NCBI GenBank assembly: GCA_036337435.1
Contig: JAYZEG010000037.1
Span: 97,590 to 161,589, forward strand
Direction of reading: 5' to 3'
Origin: Myxococcota bacterium
GTDB lineage: Bacteria > Myxococcota_A > Bradymonadia > UBA7976 > UBA1532
DNA: 64,000 bases
In this document: one piece after another, positions 1-10,272 of the stretch
Numbering within the stretch: position 1 is the stretch's first letter
Layout: each line of letters begins with the position of its first letter
Translations under genes and position numbers: made by a program
Notes under the pieces: generated by a model
The model's database searches: none
Told to the model about the DNA's origin: nothing
The model's input: only the letters and a program-made list of their open reading frames with translations

Positions 1-1
1 C

Positions 2-976
2 GGCAGTGGTCAGCGCTGTCTGATTCGGGCAGACCCCGGTAACCTCGATTTCGAAATTGTGCGGATCAGTAGGCAGAGGGTTTTAGATATCGTCGTCACG
101 AATCACGGGACGGGCCCCTGTGACCTCAGAGACGTTGCCGTCGAGCAAACGGCGGGCGAAGAGGCAAATGGGTTTACGATTTCTCAAACCATTGAGCTCG
201 GCATGATGCCACCGATGACATCTCGGACGCTGTCCGTAACCTATGCACCCACCATACCAAATCCAGTCGGCGAGAGAGGTGTTTTAACGGTTGCCTATTT
301 CGATGAGTTCGCCAATATGAACCGCGCAGAAGAGGTTTTACTTCGCGGCTCCGGTGCCCGCGCAATGGTCGGCTCTGTTCCGGAGGTCATCGACTTTGAT
401 GAAACAACGTCGACCACCTGTGCATCAAGACAACGGCGCATCGGTGCTGAGAACGTCGGCTTTGTTCCAATCTGCGCCTACAGCTATGCGCTATCCGGGG
501 AAGATTGCGCTCAATTCGAGTTGTTGGAAACACCTGATTTTGGAGATTGCCTGGCCCTCGAACGCGGTGAGTCGGCGGCATTTCTCGTCCAATTTGAGCC
601 CACCACAACGGGCCGGCAAGATTGTGAAATCAACGTAACAACCGATGCTCAAAACACCGAGGTCGCCACACTACGGATCACCGGGACGGGCACCGAGACA
701 GACGCTCGAGTAGACGAACATGAGGTTGGCCGACTCAATCAGGAGAGAGATGCGAGATGGACGTTGCGCCTGGCCGCTGTCGCCGCAAGTGTGCAAGTGT
801 TTGTCGACGATCAATTGTACAACCAAGATCGACCTCTGCAGCCCTGCGAAGAGAACTGCGTGTCTTACGAGGCAGACGAAAACCGCATTGTGTTTGAACC
901 GGAACACCACCCGCCTCGGGGTGCAACTCTTCGCATCGAATACGACGCGCAGTGCTTCGACCGAGTCGAAGACTAA
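2..976 (+). CDS. Extracellular Ig-like (ASH/choice-of-anchor-D-like) repeat protein, 5'-truncated by window edge
   Basis: Frame is open back to base 2 (GSGQRCLIRADPGNLDFEIV...). Two repeats of the pattern P..LDF....V.N.G..PC.....L.......F ... V.Y.P ... L.G.G, Cys pairs, and a C-terminal YE..NRIVF...P..G....IEY...C module. Confidence 0.6.
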   Translation, partial: GSGQRCLIRADPGNLDFEIVRISRQRVLDIVVTNHGTGPCDLRDVAVEQTAGEEANGFTISQTIELGMMPPMTSRTLSVTYAPTIPNPVGERGVLTVAYFDEFANMNRAEEVLLRGSGARAMVGSVPEVIDFDETTSTTCASRQRRIGAENVGFVPICAYSYALSGEDCAQFELLETPDFGDCLALERGESAAFLVQFEPTTTGRQDCEINVTTDAQNTEVATLRITGTGTETDARVDEHEVGRLNQERDARWTLRLAAVAASVQVFVDDQLYNQDRPLQPCEENCVSYEADENRIVFEPEHHPPRGATLRIEYDAQCFDRVED

Positions 977-1776
977 CCTGCCGTGGATACGGACCGATTT
1001 AATGCATCCCGAAGGCGCCCAACGCGCTGTGGACAGACGGGCCTCCGCCAATCTCCATCTTCCTTGATAGAACTCCCAACGATCAAGGCGTCGACTAACT
1101 GGCCGTACAGATGGATATTATCCGCGGTAATGCCAGACCCGATGGCCAGCGGACAAGTGGAACGCTCGAGAGCAGAGAGGCTCTCAGGTGCAGGCGCACA
1201 CCCTGTTCGTGACCCGGTAATGATGACGGCATCAGCACCGCAAAATTCAGCCCCATGAATCCAGTCATTCAAGGTTAAATCAGCTGTGACTGAATGAGCA
1301 GAATGCTTTTTTTGAATGTCTGCCCAAATCTGGACCTCCGCATCCAAATTCTGCCGCTTCCGCAACAACTCGCCAGCACATGCATCAAGCCAACCTTCAT
1401 CGGCGACATGAGCATAGGCGAACCCCTCGACACGAATGAACGCCGCGCCTGTCACGTGGGCGATTGCAAGCGCATCCGTATTGGCACCAGCGAGAACTTG
1501 AACACCGGTCGGAACGCCGAACCCGACGATGGCCTTGGTCGCCAAAGTCATGGCGGCAACGGTTTCAGGATAGACTGAGCCTTTGAGATAAGGCACGTCG
1601 CCCATGTTCTCTACGATGAGGCCGTCCACGCCATTTTGAACAAGGCGTTCTGCATCTACGCAGGCACTGTCGATGATAGCGTCAATGGACCCACCCCAAC
1701 CATGACTACCCGGCAACGGCTTTAGATGAACCATCCCAATCAGACTGGCATGGGTATTTTTGAAGAGATGACGCAT
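973..1776 (-). CDS. BtpA/SgcQ family TIM-barrel protein
   Basis: IGMVHLKPLPGS, DGLIVENMGDVPY, ADIQKKHS, GSGIT and IVGSSIK motifs. Start placed at ATG 1776. Confidence 0.9.
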   Translation of the reverse strand: MRHLFKNTHASLIGMVHLKPLPGSHGWGGSIDAIIDSACVDAERLVQNGVDGLIVENMGDVPYLKGSVYPETVAAMTLATKAIVGFGVPTGVQVLAGANTDALAIAHVTGAAFIRVEGFAYAHVADEGWLDACAGELLRKRQNLDAEVQIWADIQKKHSAHSVTADLTLNDWIHGAEFCGADAVIITGSRTGCAPAPESLSALERSTCPLAIGSGITADNIHLYGQLVDALIVGSSIKEDGDWRRPVCPQRVGRLRDALNRSVSTAG

Positions 1777-1912
1777 GAGTCTAGACCTCCCATGATCTAC
1801 GCCCATTTGAGACAAAATTCGGGATATTTTCACGCAAATATTAATTTTACACTCGCTTTGTCGACTCGCGCGAGTATATTCGCCCGGATATAACTGATCA
1901 TCACGGCCGCTT

Positions 1913-2338
1913 ATGCGTTTTTTGCATTCAATGATTCGGGTTTTAGACCTCGATGCTGCCCTGGACTTTTTCTGCGGAGGACTCGGCCTTGTCGAGGTCA
2001 GGCGAAGAGACTCCGAAAGGGGACGATTTACGCTCGTTTTTCTGGAGACCGACGCGACCGATGACCCCGCGCAGATCGAGCTGACATATAATTGGGACCA
2101 GACTGAGCCCTACGGAGGCGGTCGAAATTTCGGGCATCTTGCCTTCGAAGTGGACGATATCTACTCGGTTTGCCAGCATTTAAGCGCTCGCGGTGTCAGC
2201 ATTGCACGTCCGCCACGCGACGGGCGGATGGCGTTTGTGCGAAGTCCCGATGGAATTTCTGTGGAACTGCTGCAAAAAGGCAATGCTCTGCCCATTTCAG
2301 ACCCTTGGGCAACGATGGAGAACTCTGGAACATGGTAA
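1913..2338 (+). CDS. gloA: Lactoylglutathione lyase (glyoxalase I, VOC family)
   Basis: [27 protein letters not shown] and [15 protein letters not shown] motifs. Confidence 0.9.
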   Translation: MRFLHSMIRVLDLDAALDFFCGGLGLVEVRRRDSERGRFTLVFLETDATDDPAQIELTYNWDQTEPYGGGRNFGHLAFEVDDIYSVCQHLSARGVSIARPPRDGRMAFVRSPDGISVELLQKGNALPISDPWATMENSGTW

Positions 2339-4947
2339 AAATAATGGTGTGTAGACGATGGATAGTAGCCGGTTTGTTTCTGTTTCTGATCGGTTGTACG
2401 GATGGGCCAACCGTCACACCAGCGGAGCCAGACCAGGAGATCTCCGACAACGTCGATTCAGGCGTTGTCGAAGATATGACCCAGATTGACCCCGATTCAG
2501 GTCAGAGCGACCTTGACGTGGATGTCCTCAAATCCGGCGAACTCCGCATCCAACTGTCACAAGGCCAGCAGTCCCTTGCGGTCTATCATGGTGAGACGCT
2601 GAGATTCAGGATGCCGATTGCCGGTTTCCAATTGGGGACACTGGACGAGATCGCAGCAGAAACCAACTATGATCCGTACTATATCCTCGATGGCAACGAA
2701 GCCTCCAATCCACCTGGACTGGTCTGGCTGGTGCCCAGTGCGGGGCGATTGACAGCCGACAACGACATGGCGACATTGGAATTGACCTATGACCAACTCG
2801 GTACAGGTCAGCTCATCTTCAGAGTATCCGCTGAAAATCGCCTCACAGCCCGCTTTGTTGCGCCTGACGGACCTGTTGGCTACATGAGGGTCAACCTTGA
2901 TGTGGACGAGACCGAAGCATTCTATGGGATGGGTGAGGTTTTCGACGATGTTAATAATCGTGGGAAGTTACGGCCCATGCAGATCGAGCTCGATACAGAA
3001 CTTGAGAGCAGTTTCAACGAAGCACATATCCCGATTCCCCTACTCTATGGCCATCGGGGCTGGGGCCTATTCGTCGAATCTTTGAGACCCGGTATTTTCG
3101 ACGTCGCCAAAACTCAAGAGACTGTGATCGACGCCATCTTTGGGACCGGCGTTGCCACTGCAGAAGGTCTCCAATTTCACATTTTTACGGGAGAGCGAAC
3201 GCTCGATTTGACCCGACATTATTATGAATTGACCGGATTCCCTAAGCTCCCTGCAGAATGGGCTTATGGACCGTGGATCTGGCGTGATGAAAACGAGGAT
3301 GAGGCTCAAGTTCGGTCCGATATACAGACCATTAGAGATCTAGACTTGGCGACGAGCGGCTATTGGATTGACCGGCCCTACGCGAGTGCGGTCAACTCAT
3401 TTGATTGGGACCCTCGAAAATTCGACGAACCCCAAGGGATGATCGACTTCATTCATGACATGGGATTTCGTTTTGCACTTTGGCATACCCCCTATGTCGG
3501 TGCCGAAGGGGTCGGCAACGAACTCACGGAAACCACCCAAGAGTTCCGAGACATCGCAGAACGCGAGGGCTATTACCCTCCTCAGATTGGCTTGGCGACA
3601 AGCAAATGGGGCAGCCCCATCGACCTGACAAATCCCGATGCCTTTGCATGGTGGCAGTCTCTCATTCGCCGTTATTCGGATATGGGTGTCGAAGGCTACA
3701 AACTCGACTACGCTGAGGATATTGTACCTGGTATTTTTCTCGCTCGTGGCAATTGGGAATTCGCTGATGGCTCCAACGACCAAACCATGCATGCACGCTA
3801 CCAAACTCTCTACCACCAGGTATATGCCGAAACGCTTCCGGAAACCGGCGGGTTCCTCTTGGTTCGATCAGCAACCTGGGGCGGCCAGACCAATGGCGTG
3901 ATCGTTTGGCCGGGAGACTTAGACGCGAATTTTGCCGCCCATCGTGAGCGCGTCGTTGACGGCGACGAAGAATACGGTGCCGTCGGGGGCTTGATTGCAA
4001 GTATTATCGCGGGACTCAGCTTGGGTCCATCTGGCTATCCATTCTACGGTTCAGACACGGGCGGCTATAGACGGTCACCACCCAACAAGGAGGTTTTTAC
4101 GCGCTGGTTTCAGCAAACAGCACTGTCCAGCGTGATGCAGGTTGGGACGAATACCAACAATGTTGCTTGGGAATTCGATGAAGAAACCGGTTTTGATGAA
4201 GAAATGCTCGATTGGTATCGAATTTATACTCGCTTGCACCTGCGCTTATTTCCATACGCTTGGACCTACGCCCGGCAAATTGAACAAACCGGTCGACCAA
4301 TTCAACGTGCATATGGTCTCCAATATCCCGATGCAGGACTCCATCCGTCGGATATCTATTTCTTTGGCGATGACCTTCTGGTCGCGCCAGTTGTCGTGGC
4401 GGACGCACGCACGAAACAGGTTCCATTTCCAGATGGACAATGGCTCGACTGGTGGACAGGTGAAATCATCGAGGGCGGTCAAGAGTTAATGGTTGATGCG
4501 CCTCTTTCAAAATTACCACTGTATCTCCGAGCCGGCGGAATTATCCCTCTCTTGCGAGAGACCATCGATACGCTTTCACCGACGACCGTCGAAGGGATTG
4601 AGTCCTTTGCAAATGACCCAGGGCGTCTACATACGCGAATTGCAGCGGGCCCGGCCCACAGTTTCACGCTCTATGATGGGACAATCATCTCTCACCGCAC
4701 CGATGAAAATGATCTCGTCTTGGCCTCGACTGCTGGCGATACGTACCCGGAATCGCGCCGATATGATGTGATGAACCTCGCCGCTGTGCCCACGGAGGTC
4801 CAATACGGGGCGGCATCGCTTACCAGAGTCGATAGTTCGATGGATTTGGCTGCGTCCGATGCGGCTTGGTTTTTGGACCCAGACACCAATATGGTGCACA
4901 TTAAAGTGGTCGGAACCGAGGATGTCCGCCTCGTAGGCGCACGCTGA
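2332..4947 (+). CDS. Glycoside hydrolase family 31 lipoprotein (alpha-glycosidase)
   Basis: Lipobox FLIGC, nucleophile region GYKLDYAE, acid/base [22 protein letters not shown] and [11 protein letters not shown]. Start at ATG 2332 or 2344 rather than 2170. Confidence 0.85.
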   Translation: MVKIMVCRRWIVAGLFLFLIGCTDGPTVTPAEPDQEISDNVDSGVVEDMTQIDPDSGQSDLDVDVLKSGELRIQLSQGQQSLAVYHGETLRFRMPIAGFQLGTLDEIAAETNYDPYYILDGNEASNPPGLVWLVPSAGRLTADNDMATLELTYDQLGTGQLIFRVSAENRLTARFVAPDGPVGYMRVNLDVDETEAFYGMGEVFDDVNNRGKLRPMQIELDTELESSFNEAHIPIPLLYGHRGWGLFVESLRPGIFDVAKTQETVIDAIFGTGVATAEGLQFHIFTGERTLDLTRHYYELTGFPKLPAEWAYGPWIWRDENEDEAQVRSDIQTIRDLDLATSGYWIDRPYASAVNSFDWDPRKFDEPQGMIDFIHDMGFRFALWHTPYVGAEGVGNELTETTQEFRDIAEREGYYPPQIGLATSKWGSPIDLTNPDAFAWWQSLIRRYSDMGVEGYKLDYAEDIVPGIFLARGNWEFADGSNDQTMHARYQTLYHQVYAETLPETGGFLLVRSATWGGQTNGVIVWPGDLDANFAAHRERVVDGDEEYGAVGGLIASIIAGLSLGPSGYPFYGSDTGGYRRSPPNKEVFTRWFQQTALSSVMQVGTNTNNVAWEFDEETGFDEEMLDWYRIYTRLHLRLFPYAWTYARQIEQTGRPIQRAYGLQYPDAGLHPSDIYFFGDDLLVAPVVVADARTKQVPFPDGQWLDWWTGEIIEGGQELMVDAPLSKLPLYLRAGGIIPLLRETIDTLSPTTVEGIESFANDPGRLHTRIAAGPAHSFTLYDGTIISHRTDENDLVLASTAGDTYPESRRYDVMNLAAVPTEVQYGAASLTRVDSSMDLAASDAAWFLDPDTNMVHIKVVGTEDVRLVGAR

Positions 4948-4954
4948 TAGCTAC

Positions 4955-6688
4955 CTACTCTGCGTCCACCTTGAGCCGCCGTGCAATTTCGGTTGGCAAG
5001 GGGAACCAGCGTAAAGATTCGTAGTCGGCATTCAGATTGAGCTCATCGGGCGTACGTCCTGAGGCCTCAACTGCATCGCACATGATGGATCTCGCCTCTG
5101 CCAAGTGGGCCGACAACGCGGCTTCAGGTTCCGTCGCATGACGTGAGCGATATTCCATGCGACCCCCACTATAGCCGATTCGATGCAAGCTCATCTTCGA
5201 ACCTACATCGGCTTTGTGATGTCGCCAACGGCCTGTTTCAGGACAGAACTCGTAATCTGGTAAGAGCCGCCATCCATGTTCGGCAATCAACAAAACAGCC
5301 TCGACCAGATAATCAAATACAGTCTCCGAGATGAAATAATTGAAGTTCATTCTGGCCCAGCCCGGCTTCACTCCCCTGCAACCACGTAGAACCTCCCTCT
5401 GAATCGCTTCTGCCCGGTCAAAATCGATATCGAGCAATCGATGCCCATAAGGCCCGGCGCATTGCCATCCACCCCTAGATTGGATTCCAAATAAGTCGTT
5501 GAGCAACGCGACAACGAAATGGTGGTGGAGATAGCGCTCATCATCGTATCGAACCATGAAAGAGACGATAGACAAGCGCCAACGGTCATGGTCGCCCAGT
5601 ATCCTTATGTTCGGATGGGCTTTCCATTTGGCGATGGCCCGCCGAATATAATCGTGCTCACGGGCTTGAATCATCCCGACGCCTACGGCTTCTTTGAGCT
5701 GGAAGGTCAGCCCCGCCCGAACAGCCCCGAGAATGTTGGGTGTCCCAGCCTCTTCACGCTCGACAATATTTGAAGAGAACACATGTTGGTCCTGACTGAC
5801 ATAGTCAACCGTTCCACCGCCGGGTGAAGAGGGCACTCGATTTGTGAACAAATGCTTTTTAGCGATCAAGATACCGGGCGTACCCGGGCCACCGATAAAC
5901 TTGTGAGGCGATAGGAAAATAGCATCTTTATAGACGAGATGCCCGTCTGGCTTTTCATCAGCCATGTTCATCTCGATTTCCACATAAGGACCCGCTGCGG
6001 CAAAATCCCAAAAAGAGAGCGCGCCATGCTTGTGAAGCAGCGCGGCTATGTCCCGTGTATTCGAACCAACACCTGTTACATTCGATGCCGCCGAGAAAGA
6101 GCCTATCTTGAGCGGCCGCGCGGCATATTTCTGGAGCTCCTGATCCAGCTGCCGCTGGTCGACCCGCCCGTTCTCGTCCTCGTCGATGACAACAACGTCA
6201 GCGATGGATTCTCTCCAAGGCAATTCATTGGAATGATGTTCATAAGGTCCAATGAAGACCACCGGCCGTTCGGCATCAGGGATTCGATCGGTCAATCCGT
6301 ATCGTGTGTCCAAGTCAGCTGGCACGGCTAAATTGAGAACTGCGATAATCTTATTGATCGCGGCAGTCGCTCCTGAGCCACAGAAGATAACGACATCACG
6401 TTCGTCGGCACCAACAGCGTGGGCTATGATCTCCCGGGCATCATCACGATACTGGGTTGTCTGCCGCCCGGTTCCTGACATTTGGGTGTGGGTATTTGCA
6501 TAAAAAGGCATCACCTCACGACGGATAAAATCCTCGATAAAATTCACACTCTGACCTGATGCCGTGTGGTCTGCGTAGACAACTCTACGGACGCCATAGG
6601 GTCCATCAATCGCCTGGTCACAGCCAATGATGGAATCACGAATTGTCTCAATTAAACGCTCTATTCGGTCCGACATCAAAAAACCCAC
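4955..6688 (-). CDS. Class V PLP-dependent aminotransferase / cysteine desulfurase-like
   Basis: [44 protein letters not shown] (PLP Lys), EAGTP and [11 protein letters not shown]. Confidence 0.85.
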   Translation of the reverse strand: MGFLMSDRIERLIETIRDSIIGCDQAIDGPYGVRRVVYADHTASGQSVNFIEDFIRREVMPFYANTHTQMSGTGRQTTQYRDDAREIIAHAVGADERDVVIFCGSGATAAINKIIAVLNLAVPADLDTRYGLTDRIPDAERPVVFIGPYEHHSNELPWRESIADVVVIDEDENGRVDQRQLDQELQKYAARPLKIGSFSAASNVTGVGSNTRDIAALLHKHGALSFWDFAAAGPYVEIEMNMADEKPDGHLVYKDAIFLSPHKFIGGPGTPGILIAKKHLFTNRVPSSPGGGTVDYVSQDQHVFSSNIVEREEAGTPNILGAVRAGLTFQLKEAVGVGMIQAREHDYIRRAIAKWKAHPNIRILGDHDRWRLSIVSFMVRYDDERYLHHHFVVALLNDLFGIQSRGGWQCAGPYGHRLLDIDFDRAEAIQREVLRGCRGVKPGWARMNFNYFISETVFDYLVEAVLLIAEHGWRLLPDYEFCPETGRWRHHKADVGSKMSLHRIGYSGGRMEYRSRHATEPEAALSAHLAEARSIMCDAVEASGRTPDELNLNADYESLRWFPLPTEIARRLKVDAE

Positions 6689-6952
6689 CTGCAGAAAATT
6701 GGCACGAATGGCCTTCGCTTACCCGCACTTCCCCTTGTTCAGCATAACGATGCGCTAATTGAAGTCAACCGTCCCAGGATTCAGAATTAATAACAATGTC
6801 GATACCTTGGAGTCTTCAGGTGTCTCAAACCACTCCGAATGTCGATTTTGTCACTTGAATCCACAGATCAGCTGGGGTAGACGCTGCTGGCCGGGTGCAC
6901 CTTGGGGGGGTATAGGTGACGCTCGAGGGGACGAAAGAAAAAGAAGGGCCAT

Positions 6953-7171
6953 ATGCAGTTACTTCAACAAGAAACGCCGAGTGATTATCCGGTCGTAGAT
7001 AGCGATGGGACGGTTGTGCAAATTTCTCCAGCCATGACCCCCCCGCGCGTGGCACACACAACAATCAGTACCAGCTGGTCACGCCTCATGACGTGTTTGC
7101 AAGACATACAATCCGAGACGGGACCTTGGCGAGTGACCCCTCCCAGTGATGGAACAGTGCCCGCTTGTTGA
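6953..7171 (+). CDS. Small hypothetical protein (72 aa)
   Basis: Purine-rich tract AAAGAAGGG precedes the ATG, and the TGA stop overlaps the TTG start (7168) of the next gene (TTGA). No recognisable domain. Confidence 0.35.
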   Translation: MQLLQQETPSDYPVVDSDGTVVQISPAMTPPRVAHTTISTSWSRLMTCLQDIQSETGPWRVTPPSDGTVPAC

Positions 7172-7755
7172 GCGAGCGGTCCCAAATCGCAGCCTGGGAC
7201 CAAGACCGGTTCCTCCGTGCCTATCGCTACGCTTCAACCGCGCACAAAGGCCAGACTATGCCGGATCAGGAACGGCTACCCTATTGCGTCCATCTGAGCA
7301 TGGTCACGATGGAAATCTGCGCGGCTTTGACAGTTGAATCGGTCTCAGACCCAGACTTGGCTGTCCAATGCGCATGTCTACATGATGTCCTGGAAGACAC
7401 ACCAACCACGCGATTGCAGCTTGAAAATGAATTTGGCACCACCGTGGCAGATGGTGTCGTTGCATTAACGAAGGACGGCAGCTTGAACAAAGCAGACGCC
7501 ATGCTCGATTCAGTGAACAGATTGCTTTCGCAACCACTCGAAGTCAGAGCGGTCAAGCTGGCAGACCGCATCACGAATATGCAAACGCCCCCGCCTCACT
7601 GGAGTCTTGAGAAAAGACAGGCCTATGCTCAAGAGGCGCGGATGATATTGGAAAAACTAGGCTCGGCCAGCGCTTATCTCCGTCGGCGTCTGGCCTCGAA
7701 AATTGACGCATATGAAGCCAACCACTGCAAAGCGGTGCCGTCAGCTATAAATTGA
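7165..7755 (+). CDS. HD-domain protein, Mesh1/small alarmone hydrolase-like ((p)ppGpp hydrolase family)
   Basis: A..AHKGQ, PYCVHL, LHDVLEDT, V..LTK and VKLADRITN. No synthetase domain. Confidence 0.8.
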   Translation: MLSERSQIAAWDQDRFLRAYRYASTAHKGQTMPDQERLPYCVHLSMVTMEICAALTVESVSDPDLAVQCACLHDVLEDTPTTRLQLENEFGTTVADGVVALTKDGSLNKADAMLDSVNRLLSQPLEVRAVKLADRITNMQTPPPHWSLEKRQAYAQEARMILEKLGSASAYLRRRLASKIDAYEANHCKAVPSAIN

Positions 7756-7968
7756 ACCAACCAGTTTCTTAATTTCTGCGTCGGTGATCGGGGCCGACTG
7801 TCCATCGTACTGCCATTGGACATTGGCGAGACAGCGCATGGTGGCATACTTTGCGTCATAGCCCATTCGTCGCAATAACCCGGCTTGTTCGAGCACCGCA
7901 CGACTCACCTGCTGTTTCGGGCCTTTGCGGGTTCCACTTACCTGAGAATCCATCCAATCAAATGGCAT
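7741..7968 (-). CDS. Small hypothetical protein (75 aa)
   Basis: Very strong Shine-Dalgarno AGGAGGTGA just upstream of the ATG. Same strand as yqeY and the sigma factor. Confidence 0.7.
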   Translation of the reverse strand: MPFDWMDSQVSGTRKGPKQQVSRAVLEQAGLLRRMGYDAKYATMRCLANVQWQYDGQSAPITDAEIKKLVGSIYS

Positions 7969-8037
7969 GCCGTCACCTCCTAGTGAATGTACGCTAACAT
8001 GCCCCGAGGACCGCTGGGAAGACCATGTTATGCGACT

Positions 8038-8496
8038 CTAATTCGATAACGCTTCTTCGACCAAACGTCGAACCTGTCCAGGATCGACGTCAGCTTTGTG
8101 CGCTTTCATCACTGCGCCCATCACAGCACCGAAATGCGCTGAGGGTCCACCCAAACCGGCGATGGCATCATCAACCCACTGTTTCACCGTGGCCTCGTCA
8201 GCCTTTTTTGGTAGCCATTCGCCGACCGTCTCAAGCTCCCATTTAATCTGGGCAATATGTTCCTCTGCGCCAGGCCGGTCAATCTCCTCAAATTGCGCCA
8301 GTGCCTTCCGCTGGCTCTTGCAATACTTCTCCATGACCTCTAGCCACAGAGCATCGTTTACCTCACCTGTGAAGCCACTTCCAATCGTGCGCTCACCCAT
8401 CTTCGATTTGAGCATACGAATCAGACCGAGCATTTGTTTGTCACGGGCTTTCATCGCCGCCTTCATTTTCGTGTTTAAGTCGTCTTGAATTGCCAT
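8038..8496 (-). CDS. GatB/YqeY domain protein
   Basis: MKAAMKARDK..L..IRMLKS, LP, and GAVMGAVMK...VD.GQVRRLV.E.L. GGAG SD fits ATG 8496. Confidence 0.88.
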   Translation of the reverse strand: MAIQDDLNTKMKAAMKARDKQMLGLIRMLKSKMGERTIGSGFTGEVNDALWLEVMEKYCKSQRKALAQFEEIDRPGAEEHIAQIKWELETVGEWLPKKADEATVKQWVDDAIAGLGGPSAHFGAVMGAVMKAHKADVDPGQVRRLVEEALSN

Positions 8497-8535
8497 CATC
8501 ATGCTCCTTTAAAGTTTTCTAGACCGTTTGCGCGT

Positions 8536-9486
8536 CTACTCTTGATTTGTAAAGTCTAACTGCAAACTGTCCCCGAGTTTTTCGGTTAAATACCCTTTCA
8601 AGCGTTTCTTTAGCCGAGCTTCTACCTGTCTGATACGCTCACGTGAAACATCGAATCGCGTCCCCAAGGCCGCAAGTGAAATGGGATCTTCAGCGATCAA
8701 TCGTTCGTGCCAAAGTGCAAGTTCTCGCTCGTCGGTCAGAGTCTCAGCAAACGCTTTCATCTGCCCGTCAACGGTATTCATCAGGCCGGAGTGAACAACC
8801 TGAGATTCCACATCAGCCTCGCTGTCCGCGATTAAATCTCCGAGGGTACGCCCGTCTTCATCGGATGAATTGCGAGGGGCTGTCAACGATAGGGTCGGCT
8901 TGCGCAGTAAGGTCGCAGCGACTATGTCATCCTCGGAGACATCAAGATTGTCAGCAAGCATCTTAGGGGTCGCTTCGCCAAACTCATTCATCAATCGAGC
9001 GCGCTCTTTTTCCAGTCGAAAAAATAGTTTTCTCCCAGCCCGCGTGTTGGCGAAACTGATCATGCGAAAGTTCTTCAGAATAAACTGTAAAATGAGGGCT
9101 CTAATCCAATAGCGAGCAAAACTGCTAAACCGCACTCCACGATACGGATCGAAGCGTTTAACCGCTTCGGCGAGGCCAATATTACCCTCTTGGATTAAAT
9201 CGAGAACATTGACCCAAGCCCGTCGGTACTCCATTGCGATTTTGACGACGAGCCGAAGGTTCCCTGTCACCAGCTTTCGGGCCGCCGCCTTACTGCCAGA
9301 TTCAAAATAGCGCGTGGCGTGTTCCAGTTCTTGCTCTCGCGTGAGTAAAGGATATCGCCTAATCTCTGCCAAATAGCGAGTCAGTTCATCGGCCGCGAGG
9401 AGATCTTTGGAGTTGACATCCATCCGTGCCGGTGGACGCTCTTCTCGGTCAACGACTTTGATTTTTGTCTCGTCCTGGTCGGACAC
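8536..9486 (-). CDS. rpoH: RNA polymerase sigma factor, RpoH/sigma-32 family
   Basis: YLAEIRRYPLLTREQE, NLRLVVKIAMEY, DLIQEGNIGL, FDPYRGVRFSSFARYWIRA, RpoH-box-like RKLFFRL and VSRERIRQVE. Confidence 0.85.
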   Translation of the reverse strand: MSDQDETKIKVVDREERPPARMDVNSKDLLAADELTRYLAEIRRYPLLTREQELEHATRYFESGSKAAARKLVTGNLRLVVKIAMEYRRAWVNVLDLIQEGNIGLAEAVKRFDPYRGVRFSSFARYWIRALILQFILKNFRMISFANTRAGRKLFFRLEKERARLMNEFGEATPKMLADNLDVSEDDIVAATLLRKPTLSLTAPRNSSDEDGRTLGDLIADSEADVESQVVHSGLMNTVDGQMKAFAETLTDERELALWHERLIAEDPISLAALGTRFDVSRERIRQVEARLKKRLKGYLTEKLGDSLQLDFTNQE

Positions 9487-9646
9487 GGCTGTTCCCTAAC
9501 TCATTGGCGGCACATGGATGTTAATCGCAAAAGCACCATCGTCAACACCCCTGTTTTGAAAGATCGGCTCTGATTCGCCACATTCAGTTGCAGACGACGG
9601 GATTTTTCGGCACCCTCTGCAAGACTTTAGCGACGAGGTACGTGAC

Positions 9647-9898
9647 ATGAATCTCAAAGATGAGATGAGCAATCGAATCAAGGCCGCCTTCGATGATGCG
9701 GAGATCTTCCTGGCAGACTATACCGGCGGCGGCGACCATTGGGAAGCGACCATTGTCTCGAGTGCATTTGAAGGCATGTCGAGAGTACAAAAACATCGAA
9801 GTGTTTATGCAGCGCTTGGAGAGCTTATGCATGGACCAATTCATGCGCTCACCTTTCGTACATTAACCCCTGAACAATATGAACTGGAGACCAGCTAA
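9647..9898 (+). CDS. bolA: BolA/IbaG family protein
   Basis: DH....IVSSAFEGMSRVQKHR.VYAAL and IHALTFRT.TP. Confidence 0.92.
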   Translation: MNLKDEMSNRIKAAFDDAEIFLADYTGGGDHWEATIVSSAFEGMSRVQKHRSVYAALGELMHGPIHALTFRTLTPEQYELETS

Positions 9899-9900
9899 AA

Positions 9901-10227
9901 ATGTCTGATCCAACTCAAGAAAGAATCGATGAAATCGTAAAAAAATACCCGATCATCCTGTTCATGAAAGGCAGTCCTGACCAACCACAGTGTGGCTTTT
10001 CATCGCGAGTAGCCATGATCCTAAAGGACCATGGAAAACCGTTTGCATCCTTTGACGTTCTCAGCGATCCGACGATTCGTGAAGGTATCAAGGTGTATGC
10101 CAATTGGCCGACCATTCCTCAGCTTTACATAGACGGGGAATTTGTTGGGGGCAGCGATATCGTCAGCGAAATGTATTTAAGCAACGAGCTGCAGCCCATG
10201 CTGGATGCAGCCGCTGAGAACGGATAG
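9901..10227 (+). CDS. grxD: Monothiol glutaredoxin (Grx4 family)
   Basis: LFMKGSP..PQCGFS and WPTIPQLYIDGEFVGGSDI. Adjacent to bolA. Confidence 0.95.
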   Translation: MSDPTQERIDEIVKKYPIILFMKGSPDQPQCGFSSRVAMILKDHGKPFASFDVLSDPTIREGIKVYANWPTIPQLYIDGEFVGGSDIVSEMYLSNELQPMLDAAAENG

Positions 10228-10272
10228 GTCTAGACGCAATAGATGGAGCCGCCGGCGGCAAGCCGGTTCCCC

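Noticed and set aside
1864..1875. Perfect 12-bp palindrome ACTCGCGCGAGT between the btpA-like gene and gloA
   Set aside because: It is short, has a low-complexity CG core and I saw only one copy, so it cannot be distinguished from chance.
2170..2331. N-terminal extension of the GH31 ORF given in the track
   Set aside because: It overlaps gloA extensively, and the signal peptide and lipobox begin at ATG 2332 or 2344.
7165..7968. Toxin-antitoxin (toxSAS) interpretation of the HD gene plus the small ORF
   Set aside because: There are no synthetase motifs, and the genes are convergent rather than co-oriented.
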